DNA of 60,885 nt, taken from positions 1 to 60,885 of the IMG/VR virus record IMGVR_UViG_3300029319_000040; one strand, 5' to 3'. The notes beneath the pieces were generated by a model. That model did not search any database, was not told the DNA's origin, and saw nothing but the letters and a program-made list of their open reading frames with translations. This document shows, one piece after another, positions 58,644 to 60,885 of the stretch; within the stretch, counting starts at the first letter, position 1, and every line of letters starts with the position of its first letter. This DNA is from a virus. Taxonomy: Duplodnaviria > Caudoviricetes. A program made the position numbers and the translations under genes.

Positions 58644-58931
58644 TTATTCATCCCCCTTACATTTACATTCATTTTCCAATCCTAATCCGAAGACATCAAC
58701 AATATGTCTCGGTGGATTAGGTGCATTTGGAATACAGTTGAAGCAACAGAATATACTTGGGTTTTCATCTACTAATGTTCTGATAAAACCTCCTAATTCC
58801 TCTATTCTGCTTTCATATTTTTTAGTCCATTCCGACCCATTTTCAATGATTTGATTTCTCTGTTCATAGGCCGATTCTAGTCGTTCTTCTAGTCTTTGTA
58901 TTTCTATTTCTAATTCTTTCTTGGTTGGCAT
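58644..58931 (-). CDS. Coiled-coil/Cys protein
   Basis: 95 aa, AGGAGG RBS. Confidence 0.75.
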   Translation of the reverse strand: MPTKKELEIEIQRLEERLESAYEQRNQIIENGSEWTKKYESRIEELGGFIRTLVDENPSIFCCFNCIPNAPNPPRHIVDVFGLGLENECKCKGDE

Positions 58932-58973
58932 CTCGCATTCCTCCTTGTTATTTTACAATTATTCCCTAAGTAC

Positions 58974-59498
58974 TTAAACCTTCCTATCAGCACTAAGAGT
59001 GTGTTCTTTGTTACAATCGCCACAGAGAACCATTCTCGGTCCTCTCTCTGGTATGTGCATTGAGATATGAGTTATGTTTGCCGGATTTGCATTTCCTTTG
59101 CATTTCTTACATTGAATCCTTCTCAAAGCCAATCTATGACCAATCGGTATTGAATCAGCAGAAATCATATCTTTAGTCAATTCAGCCAACTTTTTACGAA
59201 TCCTAGTGGTTTTGGTTTTGACCTTGATTTTCCTTTTGAATTCTTTGCCTGATAATGGGTCATTCATCTTGATTACTAATTCTGCCCTTGCTTTTGTTGT
59301 ATCTGTATTTCGATGTTTCAACAATGCTTTAGTCTGATTTTTACGATTGGAATGTTTGCCTCGATTTTCAGGAATATCGAATGGGAAACAATCTCGACAT
59401 AATTGTTCATCAACATCAACACGTTTGTAGCATTGAGTTCTTCTTGAACAATTTTCGCCTTTGCATTTTCTTGAACCAATTCTAATTATCTCATTCAT
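58974..59498 (-). CDS. Basic double Zn-finger protein (motif copy 58989-59004 encodes HTLSAD)
   Basis: Multiple CxxC, Lys/Arg-rich. Confidence 0.75.
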   Translation of the reverse strand: MNEIIRIGSRKCKGENCSRRTQCYKRVDVDEQLCRDCFPFDIPENRGKHSNRKNQTKALLKHRNTDTTKARAELVIKMNDPLSGKEFKRKIKVKTKTTRIRKKLAELTKDMISADSIPIGHRLALRRIQCKKCKGNANPANITHISMHIPERGPRMVLCGDCNKEHTLSADRKV

Positions 59499-59543
59499 CA
59501 GACCACATCCATGCTATAACCATAATAATACTAATCTCAAATA

Positions 59544-59894
59544 TCATTGTTCATCTACCTCCATTATCATTGAGTCTTTCACTTCTCTAATTTTATCCAA
59601 TACCTCATCTAATTGAATTGGCTTGATATTTCCGTTATGGTCAACCATCATACCTTTAGGTATTTTACTAAAGACAGGGGCAAAGTGTAAATGATAGACC
59701 AAATCATACAATTCATTCAACATTTTCTTTTGAGATATTATTTGCTCTTTTGTTGGATTTAGAATAATTTGGCTATCCCCTTCACCTTCTGAATGCCATT
59801 GACAAATAGGACAACAAGAATAGACATCACCATCACCAAGATTTTGATACTTTATTTCTTCACCACAAACATCGCACGTACTCATTTCAATCAC
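59544..59894 (-). CDS. Zn-ribbon protein
   Basis: CDVCG...CPICQW. Confidence 0.75.
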   Translation of the reverse strand: MIEMSTCDVCGEEIKYQNLGDGDVYSCCPICQWHSEGEGDSQIILNPTKEQIISQKKMLNELYDLVYHLHFAPVFSKIPKGMMVDHNGNIKPIQLDEVLDKIREVKDSMIMEVDEQ

Positions 59895-60061
59895 CAGTGA
59901 ATGATACTAAGTTCGTATCTAATTCGTCGTTCATCAGAATCTTCTCGCCATTCTGTAAGCATCTGTATCGTTTCTTTCAAGCCCATATATTCATCATCAC
60001 TTAGAATTTGAGCCATCTTCGCTTTGCATTCTTCTATTTCTTCTGTATAGTCACATTTCAT
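59891..60061 (-). CDS. Hypothetical protein, 56 aa, not in ORF track
   Basis: MKCDYTEEIEECKAKM...LSIIHW*; TAATG coupling. Confidence 0.65.
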   Translation of the reverse strand: MKCDYTEEIEECKAKMAQILSDDEYMGLKETIQMLTEWREDSDERRIRYELSIIHW

Positions 60062-60351
60062 TATGCCCACCTCACTTTGTTACCAATGGTGTTAGTGATT
60101 AGTAATCCACCATTTGCCTCAACTAGAACTACTGGTCCCTTCCTAGTTCTTGTTGGTCTTACTACCATTGGATTGATACCGAGTCTTCTTGCTACTTGAG
60201 CCATATCCTCAGACCAACCACTAGGTAGTTCTTCGTTCATTTCGTCGTTCATAAAATTGTTTGTAATCATCGCGATTCCTCCCATATTTAGTAATAGGCA
60301 ATACCTAGTATATAGACTTTGTGTTTGGCCGTTTTTTCGATTTTGAGGCAT
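60061..60351 (-). CDS. Hypothetical protein (true start probably near 60270)
   Basis: GGAGG RBS before MITNNF; first gene after the long non-coding region. Confidence 0.6.
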   Translation of the reverse strand: MPQNRKNGQTQSLYTRYCLLLNMGGIAMITNNFMNDEMNEELPSGWSEDMAQVARRLGINPMVVRPTRTRKGPVVLVEANGGLLITNTIGNKVRWA

Positions 60352-60786
60352 TTCGTACTTAAATTGTTACTTTTGGGGCATCATTTTGTATCACTGGTGA
60401 AGGTTGTATCTATTTTGATTCCTATGAAAAAGTGGTTTCAAATCGAATATGAGGTAGTGAAATCAACCTCTGATTGATAATTATTTATGGTAGAATTGTA
60501 ACATTTTGATGATAGAAAATGACTGAAAAACCTACCATCACAACTAAGCAATAGCAGATTTCAAGACATATTTTTTTGTACTTTTATTTTATCTCAAAAA
60601 AAATTAACAATATTTTTTTGTACTTTTTGTTTTCTCTACCAAAAAAGGTACAAAATTTTTTTGTACTTTTATTTTATTTCTCTAAAAAATAACATTTTAT
60701 TTTTTTTGTACTTTTATTTTTTGCGTCGAAAAAATAACAAAATTTTCAAAAATGTTAATTTTCGCCTGTATTTTATAACTTCGTTA

Positions 60787-60884
60787 GACTGGTCGGCATT
60801 TTTTTTGTACTAAGAAAGTACAAAAAATATGGGATTACGTCTGCGTTTTTGTACTTTTTAAAAATCACCTTGACAAGTGTGGGA
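60787..60884. repeat. Terminal direct repeat / circular-assembly overlap (copy 2)
   Basis: Identical to 1-98. Confidence 0.95.
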
Positions 60885-60885
60885 T

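Noticed and set aside
1-60885. tRNA genes, integrase, reverse transcriptase/DGR, alternative genetic code
   Set aside because: None recognised by eye; long ORFs read normally with all three stops used.

Overview
The window looks like an essentially complete (~60.8 kb) circularly assembled genome of a tailed dsDNA virus (Caudoviricetes, siphovirus-type tail) of archaea. Positions 1-98 are repeated at 60787-60884. Its archaeal-type replisome (PolB, fused primase, MCM-like helicase, RFC small subunit, probable PCNA, ERCC4 nuclease), TATA-type promoters, GGAGGTGA ribosome-binding sites and a GCTD-repeat surface protein are most consistent with a magrovirus of Marine Group II archaea; the host is inferred, not shown. 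On the circle there are only two transcription arms: a + strand morphogenesis arm (7216-34503) and one continuous - strand arm (6932 to 1, then 60351 to 34487: terminase, early genes, replication). The most striking unannotated signals are non-coding. (i) Two ~150-bp imperfect palindromes at 6998-7147 and 49992-50142 are inverted copies of each other; one sits at the divergence point of the two arms and the other directly upstream of the helicase operon. (ii) A 16-bp motif (ACACACTCTTACTGCT on - strand) occurs 8-9 times at fixed spacing upstream of TATA boxes and stamps an 'HTLTAD' peptide into unrelated proteins. (iii) A family of five paralogous winged-helix proteins could read these sites. 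Also seen: a modular prohead-protease polyprotein with a nested scaffold gene, a -1 frameshift in the tail chaperone, apparent avoidance of GATC/AGCT/CCWGG, a PolB with non-canonical motifs, a PAC2-like gene, phased T-tract arrays and UUCG hairpins. All protein calls come from motif reading and gene order; no database search was run.
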